A stretch of 64,000 nucleotides of DNA from Eledone cirrhosa. Its lineage: Eukaryota. Shown piece by piece: positions 16,813 to 29,272 of this stretch; positions within the stretch are counted from its first letter, which is position 1, and the number at the start of each line of letters is the position of its first letter. Position numbers and translations under genes: made by a program. Where the stretch lies: assembly GCA_964016885.1 (NCBI GenBank), contig OZ024743.1, positions 167,586,001 to 167,650,000 on the forward strand, written 5' to 3'. The notes beneath the pieces were generated by a model. It did no database searches. It had not been told where the DNA came from and worked only from the letters and a program-made list of their open reading frames with translations.

Positions 16813-16845
16813 CATGGAACTTTTTTAACCATCTTTTAATTTCTT

Positions 16846-16888
<43 letters not shown>

Positions 16889-17578
16889 ACACATACTTAC
16901 ATATACATACATACATAACATGCACATGCACATATCAACATGTGTGAGCCATTGAGAAGTAGTTTAGAAAGCAGAAATAACTAAATAAATAAATAACTAA
17001 TAAGCTCTCTAGCCTACATAGAGCACTCTTTTTTCCTGTACCTTTCCGACGGAAATACTTCATTTCTCCAACCGGGCATATTCTATATTACATATATGAT
17101 TGGCACCTTCCAGTCCGACAAGCTGAGCACTCTACAGTTTCAGGAAATTAACCAACATACACTATGGACGTTTATGAATTGGATTATTCTATTAAAAATA
17201 TACCTACTCCTTCCAACACCACCTATACCAAATTATTAATGGATAAAATTGAACAAGTCATAAAAAGAATGAGATGGAAGGCTATGATTTTCGATGGACA
17301 ATTCTGTGCTGATACTAACGACTACTTTGACATTAAATCTCGCAAATACCCACCTAGAGTTAAGGGCATGGCCAACTTCGAAATAAACCTTGTTAACATG
17401 ATTAATGAATTAAAATACCGTAAGTACAATAACAATTTTCAATCCAAACTCTTTAACTCTTTCTAATTTTAAACACTCTACAAATACTTTCGTTTTTTCT
17501 GACAAAACAAAAAATCTTTTTGAAGTAAATAACAATTCGTATAACCAACTATTAACAGATAGCATTATGACTAAATAT

Positions 17579-17765
17579 AAGGGCGGTGGATTGGCAGTAT
17601 TGGTAGAGGGTCGGACGCCATATTTGACGTATAGAGTTACGACCCTTGCCATTCTGAGTTCAAATTCTGCCGAGGTTAACTTTGCCTTTCATCCTTACGG
17701 GGTCGATAAAATAAAGTACCAGTATGCACTGGGTAATTGCTGGCCTTGTGCCAAACGTAGAAACA
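17579..17765 (+). mobile_element. tRNA-derived SINE with 15-bp TSD, inserted in the PLE ORF
   Basis: The TSD attatgactaaatat is at 17564 and 17766. It is the same family as 15410-15591. Confidence 0.9.
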
Positions 17766-18845
17766 ATTATGACTAAATATCAAATAGTTAACATTAATAC
17801 TTATAATACCATTAATAATGAAGCTCAAGCCCGAGCTACGACTTTAAAAATTGATAACCGGATTGAAAGCCTAGCTAAACGTAAAGTATATATTACCCTT
17901 AAAGACCATAAATTAGACTTTACTAATCGACCCAGTTGTAGACTAATCAACCCTGCTAAATCAGAAATTGGCCTTGCGAGTAAAAAAATCCTAAGAAATA
18001 TAATACTTCAAATAAGAACTAAGACTGACTTATCCCAATGGTTAAATACTTCCTCTGTTATTTCTTGGTTTAATAATATACAAGGAAAAAATAAGTGTAG
18101 ATTTACCCAATTTGATATTGTTGATTTTTACCCCTTTATCATAGAATCCTTATTAACTAAAGCCTTAGATTTTGCTAGACTTTTCATTAATATGAAGAAG
18201 TCGTTATCTTTCATGCTAGGAAAACACTACTCTTTGCTAACGAAGGTACTTGGGTTAAAAAATCAAGCCCTGAAAACTCTGTTGATGGTGCGATTGGCTC
18301 ATATGATAGTGCCGATTGTCTTTCTAACACTAAACACAATAACAGGAAAAGAAAAATTATTTGGTTTACACCCTCCTTCTCTCTAACTGTTAAAACTAAC
18401 GTAGGAAGAACAAATTCCTCGACCTCCTTGACAAACATTTTCCCCCTAATCATAGATATAATAAGATATTCAATAGAAATGTAGTTAAAATCAGCTACTC
18501 TTGCTGCCCATCAATGAAAAGTCAAATTACCAACTCTAATGGTACTAGAGTTAATCCAGGATGCAGTTGCAGGAAGCGGAAGAATGCCAATTACAGGGTA
18601 TGTGTAATACCAAATCTATTGTGTATGAGGCCAAATTGACACCGATGATTAATAACCACCCAGCCAGAAGTGAACGATATGTTGGCATGACCCAGGACAG
18701 ATTTAAAACCAGGTACTATGCACATGTCGCTTCTTTCAAACACCTTGAAAAAAAGAACAGCAACGGCGCTGGCAAATAAAGTGTGGGAGTTTAAAGACAA
18801 AAGCATTCCGTACACTATTGATTGGTCTATTTTAGACCATTCAAG

Positions 18846-19775
18846 AGAATACCAAATTCCCGAGTTCAAATCACGAACTGGCGCCATACAGAACCGTTCC
18901 CGGATGAGAGTGTATGATGAAGAAACAATCTTGTCTAGTGCCGTGTGTAAAGATAGAAGGCAGGGGCGGAAAGGTCAATGTAGTGCCACTAGAAATAGCA
19001 GCAGTAAAAACGACCAAAATGTTATCTCGACCAGGGGAGATTAATAATAATAAAGTATGTTTCCCTACATGCAAAATACATATAGGGACACATGTATTAT
19101 CCAACCGTATTCCAATGTGGTTCTATGGCAGGTTAATAAATTAACGAGCCAGAACATATATAATCAAGATTTAGCAAATAAGGAAAAGTTTTAAAGTAAA
19201 TTTTAAAAAGTTCACTGTACCTGCTATAATTACCCTTACCGCGCGGTTTCAAGTCTCAAAATAAATGGATAATCCATGCGGAAATTCATTGAGAAGAAGA
19301 CTTTCGTCAGAGGGTTCTTCTCACTCGGAGAATATAAAATTCCCGAGTTCAAATCACGAACTGGCGCCATACAGAACTGTTCCCGGATGAGAGCGTATGA
19401 TGAAAAAACAATCTTGTCTAGTGCCGTGTGTAAAGATAGAAGGCAGGGGCGGAAAGGTCAATGTACTGCCACTAGAAATAGCAGCAGTTAAAACGACCAA
19501 AGTGTTATTTCGACCAGGGGAGATTAATAATAATAAAGTATGTTTCCCCACATGCAAAATGATTTATTTTGAGACTTGAAACCGTACGGTAAAGGTAACC
19601 ATAGCAGGTACAGTGAACTTTTTAAAATTTATTTTAAAACTTTTTCTTATTTGCTAAACCTTGATTATATATGTTCTGGCTCGTTAATTTATTAACCTGC
19701 CATAGAACCACATTGGCATACAGTTGGATAATACATGTGTCCCTATATGCATTTTGCATGTAGGAAAACATACTT

Positions 19776-19780
<5 letters not shown>
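18846..19780 (-). mobile_element. Non-coding tandem + inverted HHR repeat (~483-bp monomer), retrozyme-like
   Basis: 18846-19078 is repeated at 19329-19560, and 19562-19779 is an inverted copy of ~19050-19266. Confidence 0.75.
19232..19315 (-). ncRNA. Type I hammerhead ribozyme
   Basis: ACCCT-CTGACGA-AAGTCT...AGACTT-GAAA-CCGCGCGG-TA-AGGGT. Confidence 0.85.
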
Positions 19781-19819
<39 letters not shown>

Positions 19820-19938
19820 CCAGAAGGGATATTCAATTTGTTGGTAATTCAACAAATATAAATGTTTATAACTGATTCAGAGCACTCGACAGATTTCTGG
19901 AGAATATTAAATAAATATAGTTTCCATTTATTTAATAT

Positions 19939-20070
<132 letters not shown>

Positions 20071-20484
20071 GTATATATATGTGTATATATGTATGTGTGT
20101 GTATGCATGTATATATGTGCGTATGGGTATGTATGTGTACGTGTGTGTGTGTGTATATATATATATGTGTGTATGTGTATATGCACGTGGGCGTATGTAT
20201 AGAGCTTTTTGTTTTTGTGTTTTTGTGTTTGTATGTTTGTATGTATTTATGTTCCTGTTCGTTTTTCTATGTAGACGCAAATACGCTTATGTGAGAAAGT
20301 ATACGTCTACGTACTATTACGTATATGCGCGTGGTTGAGTGTCTGTATGTTTATGTTCTGGATATTTATTTCTATTTATATATTTTTTTCCCCTATTTCC
20401 ATTCTGCCCGTTTTTCAGCCTCACTTTCATATTTCCTAAATTTTGTTTTCAAATCCATATTTCATAAAAACACCACGTTATTTA

Positions 20485-20545
20485 TTCATTCTGACGACTG
20501 AAGACATACATAACATCTGCCTTCAAGAAACCACTGGTAAATGAA
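20485..20545 (+). ncRNA. Type I hammerhead ribozyme in the PLE 3' pLTR
   Basis: TTCATT-CTGACGA-cTGAAG...CTTCAa-GAAA-CCACTGG-TA-AATGAA. Confidence 0.8.
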
Positions 20546-20638
20546 ATAATTATCTTATGTTGTTTATTACATAACTAATAAGCTCTGGAGCCTACATAGA
20601 GCATTCTTTTTTCCTGTACCTTTCCGACGGAAATACTT

Positions 20639-20705
<67 letters not shown>

Positions 20706-20708
<3 letters not shown>

Positions 20709-21296
20709 TAAAAAACAAAATAACAAAAAACAATAATGAAGAGTGCAGTACAAACAGTATTGGTATTAGGTTCCCGCTTAAGAGTGGGGATGGGGTGACG
20801 TTTCGGGCATAAGCCCTTCATCAGGAGAAAAGTGGGAAGGAAAGGAGTTCCGAGGGTGTGAGGGGGAGTGGTGGAAAGACATTGAAAGGGGAGGGATTAA
20901 AAAGAAGGAAAAAAAATGAAATGTGGTGAAAGGGTGTGAGGCGTGTAAAGGTGGTGGTGAGTGGATGGAGGGGAAGGGGGAGGAGGTAGAAGGAAACAGG
21001 GGATCCGAGCGAGGAGGGCGGAAGGTGGTGTGTGTGTATGTGTGTAGGTGTACGTGTGTGTATGTGTGGATGTGAGTGTGAGAGATTGTAGAAGAACGAG
21101 GTTCGTGTAATAGGAAAACCAGTGTGTACATGGGTGGGGTGTAAGTCGGCGTGTGTTCGCGTGGATGGAGAAGGGTCGGACGGAGTCCGGAGGCCGAGTA
21201 GGTGTATGCGTGGATACGCATGTGTGTGTGTGTGTGTTTTTGTGTGGTGTGGATACGTGGGAATGTATGGTTGCGTGTGTGCGAAAGTAGTGTAAG

Positions 21297-21332
<36 letters not shown>

Positions 21333-22478
21333 CCTGAATGTTTTCCCGGTGAGTGTATGGCAAGATGGTGAAAAATCCGTGTATAAATGGGTGGATGTCT
21401 AGAGCGTGTTTCCAGTGGTGTAGGATCCGTGGAATGGTGCGGAGTAAGTAGAAAGTGGTGGGTCGCGCGCCCAACAGGAAGTGGTCAAGAAGGTCAAGGC
21501 TGGCGGTGGAGAAGGCAGGGTGAAGGATGTGAGTGAGAGGAGATAGCAGTTAAGAGGATGACAGACAGGCGAGTGGTAGTTGGCAGGGGTGGTCTGTGTG
21601 TTAGTGTGAAATGTGTGTATGTGTGTGCGGAGGTGCGGTGGACAGGAGAGGAGGTGGGTTAGTGTGAAAAGTTGAGAGAGAGGGTGGTGGTGTGTGCGTG
21701 TATTAGTGGAGGTGTTAGTAGGATGTGTGTGTGGTGAGGGGGAAGAGGGTTGGGGGATGTTTAGTATTATTAGTGGTGGTGGGGTGGTCGATGTGGATGT
21801 GTAATGGGGGTTAGTGGTGGTAGTAGGGTGTGAGAATAGTGTGAGTGAGTGTATATATGTGCTGGTGTGTGTGTGCGTGTTGAAGGTGTGGGTGCGCGTG
21901 TGATAGGGGGAGAGGTGGGGGTTGTTAGTATTATTAGTTGTGGAGTGGACCAAGGGGGTGGGGGTGGTTGGAAGTGGAGGAGACAGTGAATCTAGGGAGT
22001 TTTTTAGTGGTATTAGTAGGGTGTGTGTGTAGGGGAGGAGGACGGTCGAAGGTTAAAGGAAGAGGGTGGAGAGTTGAGGCCGGGGAGTGCGTGGGTCTGT
22101 AGGGTGAAGATGGTGTGTTGTTCGGCCCGTTAGGCGGGTTACAGGGGTCCCATGGCATTCGATTAGGCCACAGACGGTGAGGTTGTTGGTGGAGTGTCCA
22201 GGGGAACCAAAGTGGCGGGCGATGGGGGAACTACCGCCGAGACGAATATCTCGGAGGTGCTCCGTGAACCGATCCGCCAGGTGACGTCCAGTCTGTCCGA
22301 CAGAGGTTGCGCTGCAGCGAAGTCTATAGACGAGGTTGGAGGAGGTGCAGCGGGAGGCATGCCGGACAGAGAGAGAGTGGCCGTTAGGACCCTGGAAGGT
22401 GGTGGTGCTGGTAATGTGGGGGCAGATGTGGCAGCGAGGTCTGGAGCAGGGAAGAGAACGGGGGGGGGGTGTAACAGG
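20706..22478 (-). mobile_element. 5'-truncated C-rich Neptune-like PLE (GIY-YIG remnant + 3'UTR)
   Basis: The minus strand reads PCSRPRCHICPH...NLVYRLRC..VGQTGRHLADRFTEHLRDI. An HHR core is at 20797-20824. Confidence 0.85.
20797..20824 (-). ncRNA. Minimal hammerhead core (no evident stem I)
   Basis: CTGATGA-A-GGGC ttat GCCC-GAAA-CG-TC. Confidence 0.6.
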
Positions 22479-22504
22479 ATATATATATTATATTATATTA
22501 AACA

Positions 22505-22608
22505 CTAGCTGAGTTATCCGGCTTCGCCCGGGAGAACAGTTAAGAGAAGACGGATAAAAGAGAAAACGACTGTATTGGATGTGTTTTCTGGTATGAGGTG
22601 AGACTGTA

Positions 22609-22660
<52 letters not shown>

Positions 22661-23076
22661 AAAACAATATTAAAACTTCCTTATTAGGGTGGGGGAGTAA
22701 ACTACCGATTAAATGGTAGCATTGGCCTTGGATTTTTAAATGTGAAATAACCAAAGTCAGTATGATCTTTTCCAGCTCCAAAGGACGTTATCTGAAACAC
22801 AGCAATATACCACAGAACATTGCTTCTGAAGTGTACGGACTGTAAGTAGTATATGGATAATAGCTGGAGGGTAGATTAATTTCAAATAGTATCAATTTTT
22901 CTTTGTTCTGTAAAACGACTTTATAAAAGCTAAGGCAATATTGTTAAAACTTCAACCGATACTTTTGTGGGACGTCACACACATCCTTTCTCTCTGAATA
23001 TTTAATTGTGACTCTCTCTGTATAAACAGCCTATCTCTCTCTTTCTGCCTCTCTCTCTGTCTCTCTCTCTCTTTAG

Positions 23077-23157
<81 letters not shown>

Positions 23158-23267
23158 GTGTGTGTGTTTGTGTGTGTGTTTGTGTGTGTTTGTGTGTGTG
23201 TGTATGTAGTTTTAGTGTGATTCAACCAATCAACCAATAAACATCTTTCTTTTATATTATATAGAGA
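22505..23267 (-). mobile_element. Non-autonomous Helitron (763 bp) in an A|T target
   Basis: The minus strand reads A|TCTCTATATAATATAAAAG ... CCCGGGCGAAGCCGGATAACTCAG-CTAG|T. Confidence 0.8.
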
Positions 23268-23369
23268 TTTTGAGGTATGTAGTAATTGATTGATAAATAT
23301 TTCAAAAAGCCGGCTCTACGTGGTAGAAATAAATAAAGGACAAACTATGTATCCTTCCTTAACTGGTCA

Positions 23370-24010
23370 AAAATGTAGTGGTAGTGTATAATGTTGGTGG
23401 TGGGTGGTGGTGTTGGTGTAGATGTATAGTGGCGTATTTGTAGTATAGAATTTTATGATGTAATATTGCAGTGGTGTCGCGGTGTCGTGGTGGGTTGGTT
23501 TGGTGTTGTGATGGTGTAACGATGTGGTGGTGTGGTGTTAGTGTATAATCTTTTAGCTGTGTAATGGTGTAGAATTGTAATGCTGTTGTGGTATAGTGGT
23601 GAATTGGTGGTGTGGTGTGGTGGTGTGGTGGTGTAGTGGAGGAGTAGCGCTGTAGTGTAGTAGTGTGGTAGTGTAGTCATGTGGTACGGTGGTGGTGTAG
23701 TGGTGTGGTAGTGTAGTGGTGTGGCGGCGTAGTGATGTGACAGCGTAGTCTGTGGCGGCGTAGTGATGTGGTGGTGTAGTGAGTGGTAGTGTAACGGTGT
23801 AGTGATGTAGTGGTTTATCGGAGTAGTGGTGTCGTGGAGTGGTTGTGTAGTGGTGTGGAGTGGCGGTAAGACATAATTTTATAGTTGTGCGGTGGCGTAC
23901 TGTGTGGCGGCGTAATTGTGTGGTGGTGTAATAGTGTAGTGAACTGGTGATATAGTGGTGTATTAATATAATGGAGTTGTGGCGTAATTGAGTGGTGGTG
24001 GGGCGGTGAC
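23370..24010. repeat. Degenerate (GTAGT/GTGGT)n low-complexity tract
   Basis: Direct observation. Confidence 0.85.
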
Positions 24011-24193
24011 AGGGAATTATTGTGTATTAAAGTGGGAGAATGTTCGTTCGAGAGGTAAGTGTGAATGCAGCAACAATGGTGTCAGGAAATGACATGGGAA
24101 AATGTCTGAAATGTACATTGTTGACTATGACCGGCATTGAATTGATGTCATATTTCAGGGCAGAATGTTATTGCTGATCTCAAATCACACCCC

Positions 24194-24255
<62 letters not shown>

Positions 24256-24479
24256 CCCACTCTTTCCCTCTGGCTGACTAAACACACACGTGCTTTTTCT
24301 CAAAAACAATTTTCTTTCCGTTCCATCCTTTTCTCACTCTATCAATCTATTTCATCTTTTATTTCACACTCTGACGAAGAACTAGTGGTCCGAAATGAAA
24401 ATATGTTTTCCTCCTATATCAAGCGTCAAACTAATATATTGCTTCATTGTACTGTATTTGTTGTTTCTGTTCACTTTTC

Positions 24480-24557
<78 letters not shown>

Positions 24558-24979
24558 ATGTATGTATGTATTATTGCATGTATGTGTGTATGTGTGGGAT
24601 ATAGTCAAATCTGTATCTATACAGAATAGAAGTAATCGAGACAGACATTTTTAGTATATAGACATGTAAACATGGGAAATATATTGAAAAATTAAATACC
24701 TTTAAGCGGTTTTCAAGCCTAGTTGGACTTTCATCAGTAAGCATGTAAATCAACTAAACTACTACAAAAATGTAATCTAGGAACTTATATATCCTATCAT
24801 TTATAGTATCATAATGAAATGGAAGTACTAATTTACATATTGTTATCAGTCATGCTGGTAGTTAATGAAGGTATATATTAAACTGAGCGCTAGAGGTGTA
24901 TATGAAGACATATACAATATGCTTATGAATAATAAACATATGAAAGCCTAGCTATAAAAGAAAAAAAAATTGGATTACG

Positions 24980-25110
24980 GGTACAGGCCATCTGATTGCC
25001 TTCCAAACAGTTTCCGTGTATTCAGTTCCACTCACAAGGTATAGGTCGATTCAAGATGTCAACTCGGGACCTAATAACTGCGAAGCGAACTTCTTAACCA
25101 AGCGGCCATT
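24980..25110 (-). mobile_element. Degenerate tRNA-derived SINE fragment (second family)
   Basis: The minus strand reads atggccgcttggttaagaagttcgcttcgca...ccttgtgagtggaactgaatacacggaaactg, resembling octopod SINEs as I recall them. Confidence 0.5.
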
Positions 25111-25463
25111 GTTTAGCGGTAGGTCAGTCTGCTAACCCCAAAACATTCCAGTCATAACTATATCGTTTGATTTATTTTGGACTACACTATCCATAATGTG
25201 ATTTTTATAAGATGGTTTAGAAAATGAGATTTGAGGGAGATTTTGCTGCTATTTTTAGCAGGTGGGGCGACCACGTAGAGCCACCTTTTTTGTTGATTGT
25301 AACTTACCGCTCTCAATCTGAAACCCATATTTGACATACGAGTCATCGACCTCTCGCTTGGATATATACACAATAAAATTAATTCAGTTCTCCACGCTCC
25401 CAGGCAGAGACTAACTCCATCCTAATTGGCATCTTCATTTCTTTCTTTTTCCCTCTCATCTAT

Positions 25464-25546
<83 letters not shown>

Positions 25547-26265
25547 ACTGTATCAAGATCAAGTCTTCTCCTCTCGAATGAGAAAGATTAAAATGTAAAT
25601 AAACTGCAACATACATAGAATTTCACCATTTAAGGCAGATGTTTTGATGCTCCTCTATTTACCTCACGCAAACGCGATATTTACCCATTTCTCATCTTAC
25701 TATTTACCCTTGGCCACCATAATATTTACCATACACCTGTCTACAAAATAGATATATATAATTTTTGGAGAAATGTTACGTTTTCCCCTTATCATTATTT
25801 TTTTATATCTTACGGAACAGGTTTGCATATGTTTCAAACAGGCAGTGATATAATTCCAGAATAGTCTTCAAAAGCTAGATTTAGCGTATACACGCGATCT
25901 GATACTGCATCTGGCTATGCGTGTGTCCATACATACATACATGTCCATATCCATATTTATACATACGTTTACACATATGTATGCATGAATGTGTGTGTGT
26001 TTGTATGTGGGTATGTATACATACGTACACACACACACACACATATATATATGTATGTATATATATATATATAGAGAGAGAGAAAGAGAGCAAACATCAC
26101 GGGCGCTCTATCTTAAAATTATTTTTGAAAAGCATTAGAAATGCGCAACCGGTAAAACTTAAAACCAAAACTGAATACTAACCAATACTATTACTAATTT
26201 TTACTTATTCCTAATTAAACTATTTTTCACTGGGAACAATTTGTCAGCATTTTCTTTTCCTTTTA

Positions 26266-26338
<73 letters not shown>

Positions 26339-26426
26339 TAACTCTGGAAAACCTTTTTGTTGAGTGCTTCCAATCTATTGTAAAACTCATTCTTTGATGT
26401 ATTCATTGAACCTTGTTTAACTTTTA

Positions 26427-26459
<33 letters not shown>

Positions 26460-26462
<3 letters not shown>

Positions 26463-28620
26463 CAAATTTAGACGGGAAAAAACAGAGAGGCAGTCAAATA
26501 AAGGTTTATTAGGTTCACGCTCTTGAGAGTGGGGGGTTGGGGAACGACTTTTCGGGCATAAGCCCTTCTTCAGGATAAATAGGTTAGGAAGGGAGTTCCG
26601 AGGGTGTGTGGAAATACATTTAGAAAAAAGGGGAAGGAGAACAAATAAAAATAAAAATAAAAATAAAAATAAAAATAAAAATAAAAATAAAAATAAAAAT
26701 AAAAATAAAAATAAAAATAAAAATAAACGTAAGAATAAATAATAAAATTAACAAGTGGTGGAAGGGTGGTGGCGGGTGGAGTTGGGCGTGGGAGGCGGGG
26801 GGTCGAAGTGGGGAAGGCTGAGGTTGGTTGTGTATGTGTGTAGGTGTACGTGAGTGTGTGTGCGTGTGTATGTGAGAGGAAGAACGAGGTTCCATGTTCA
26901 GGAAAAGGTGTGTGCGTGGGGTGGAGTGTAAGTCGGTGTGTGCGTGTGGCAGGAGGGGGCGGGTGTGGGGGGAGGGGCGTGTGGTTTCCGCAGGTTGAGT
27001 GTGTATATGTGGGGGTACGCACGTGTGTGTTTGTTTTTATACGTAGTGTGGATGTGGGTGACTTGGTGCGAAAAGAAATGTGAGTGTATGTTCGTGGGTA
27101 AATTCCTGAGGTAGTTCAATCGAGTGTGAGAAGAGAGGCTGGATATTTTTCATGTTATGGAGTGGATGGCTGGAGAAATGCCCGGTGGTGTAGAATCCAA
27201 TGTTGGTGGTGGTCGGAAGTGGGGGGAAGTGGGGTGCGCGCGCAACGGGAAGTGGTCAGAGGGTCAAGGCAAGGTGAAGAGATAGCAGTAGAGCAGGATG
27301 AAGAGATAGCAGTAGAGCTGGATGACAAGTGGAGTAAGGTCAGTGTGGTGAGGACTGTGTGTGTGTCTGTGTGTGCAGAGGTGCGGTGGACAGGGGAGAG
27401 GATGGGTAGGTGTGAAGGGTGGAGGGGGAAGGTGGTGAAGTAGGGAAATGGGGTGTATATTAGTAGAGGTGTTAGTGGGATGTTAGTATTGTTAGTTGTG
27501 GGATGGGCCAAGGGGGTGGGGCGGTGAAAAGGGGAAGTTTGTTAGAGATGTTAGTGGGGAATGTGGACGAAGGGTGGGCGGTCGAAGGCTAAAGGAATAG
27601 GGGTGGGGAGTTCAGGCCGGGTGGTGTGTGGGTCTGGAGGGTGAAGATGGTGCGTTGTTCGACCGTGAGGCGGGTGGCAGGTCTTCCATGGCATTGGACT
27701 AGGCCACAGACTGTGAGGTGGTGAGCGGAGTGTCCAGGGGTGCGAAAGTAGCGGGTGATCGGGGAACTCCCGCTGAGGCGAATATCACGGAGGTGTTCCG
27801 TGAAACGGTCCGCCAGGCGACGTCCAGTCTGTCCGACGTAGGTTGCGTTGCACTCCGTGCAGCGAAGTCCATAGACTAGGTTGAAGGAGGTGCAGTGGAA
27901 GGTGTGCCAGACAGAGAGAGAGTGGCCGTTAGGACCATGGAAGGTGGTGGTGTTGGTGGTGTGAGGGCAGGTGTGGCAACGAAGCCTGGAGCAGGGAAGT
28001 GAACGGGGGGGGGGGAAGAGCGTGGATTGGGGTAGGGAGCTGTGGACGAGAAGGGTGCGGAGATTGCGTGCGCATTTGAAAGAGGGGAGGGGTGGGGATG
28101 GGAAGATGGGGGAAGTGGAGTGGTCGGACTGGAGGCGTCGGAAGAGGCGGAGGATGGTGGGGTGGAGGGGTAGGGTGGAGTGGTGGTAGGTGATGGGGAA
28201 GGGGAGATGGTGGGTGGGTGTGCGGTGGCGTGGGATGAGGACGGTGGAACGGTGGACAGCACGGGCGCCTAGTGAGGACGGTGTGGACGAGGTAGGGGGG
28301 TAACCTCGCCGGATGAAATGGCTGACTAGGGAAAGGGCTTGGGACTCAAAATCAGCATCTCGGCTGCAGAGGCGGCGGATCCGGAGGAGTTGGGAGTAGG
28401 GAATAGAGTGTTTAGTGTGTGTAGGGTGGGAGGAGGTTAAGTCGAGGTAGGAGTGGGAGTCGGTGGGTTTGAAGAAGGCGGAGGTGACGAGGGAGCGATG
28501 GGAGGGGTCGATGGCGATGGAGATGTCTAAGAAGTGGACGTGGTGGTGGAGATAGAGGTGGTGAAGTGGAGGGAGGGGTGGAAGGAGCAGAAGAAGGAGA
28601 CGTTAACAAAGTGTAAAACG
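26460..28620 (-). mobile_element. 5'-truncated C-rich Neptune-like PLE (RT C-terminus + GIY-YIG, frameshifted)
   Basis: It reads FHPSLHFT..VHFLDISI..FFKPTDSHSYL..SSHP..SIPYSQLLRIRRLCS..RGYP and PCSRLRCHTC..NLVYGLRCTECNATYVGQTGR. It is homologous to 20706-22478. Confidence 0.9.
26546..26573 (-). ncRNA. Minimal hammerhead core
   Basis: CTGAAGA-A-GGGC ttat GCCC-GAAA-AG-TC. Confidence 0.55.
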
Positions 28621-28954
28621 AGGATGACCAAGGGGAACGTTGTGCGATGCAAAATTCCAACCAATCAAGAATATCCTCGCAATTTCACGACATAGCCACC
28701 GCAGCTATGACTGAATTGAGCATTTCCAGATAATGTAGTGGAAGTGGTGCTTGTCTATAAATCAAAATGGTGAAAGCAACTGACATATTTCGATCGTATT
28801 AGATTCCTTCAGCGAAGCATATTCACTTTGCAAGAATAGCCTAATAAGGATATTGGAAAAGAGAGAGAAAAATGTGCACAGACACACTGTCTCATACTCA
28901 CACTCTCACTCTCTCACACATACATATATACACACATATATATATACGTAAACA

Positions 28955-29018
<64 letters not shown>

Positions 29019-29272
29019 CACACACACATATATATATGCGTACATATTAATCTATACATGTATATACAATTATATGTATATACATTAAAACATTTCGTTT
29101 CTTCTTTTTCTTACTCTCGTCTATCGTTGTTTCTTCTATCTCCCATTCTTTGTTTTGAAGAAAGACTAACACCCGAAACGTTAATAGACCATTGAATACA
29201 GAATAGGCAGAGTGTAATATTATACAATAAATAACAAGGAAACAAACTGGCTAGGAATTATTATTATTATTA

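Larger units (their letters stand above)
14779..16839. repeat. Long inverted repeat (arms ~14779-15781 and 16248-16839), PLE pLTR-type, with an HHR in each arm
   Basis: The arms are reverse complements. The left arm carries an extra SINE and expanded GA-rich repeats. Confidence 0.9.

Noticed and set aside
24371-24740. CTGACGA..GAAA (24371 +) and CTGATGA-AAGTC..GGCTT-GAAA (~24712-24737 -); similar relics near 28783 and 29155
   Set aside because: They are probably decayed PLE hammerheads, but stems I and III are too weak to call.
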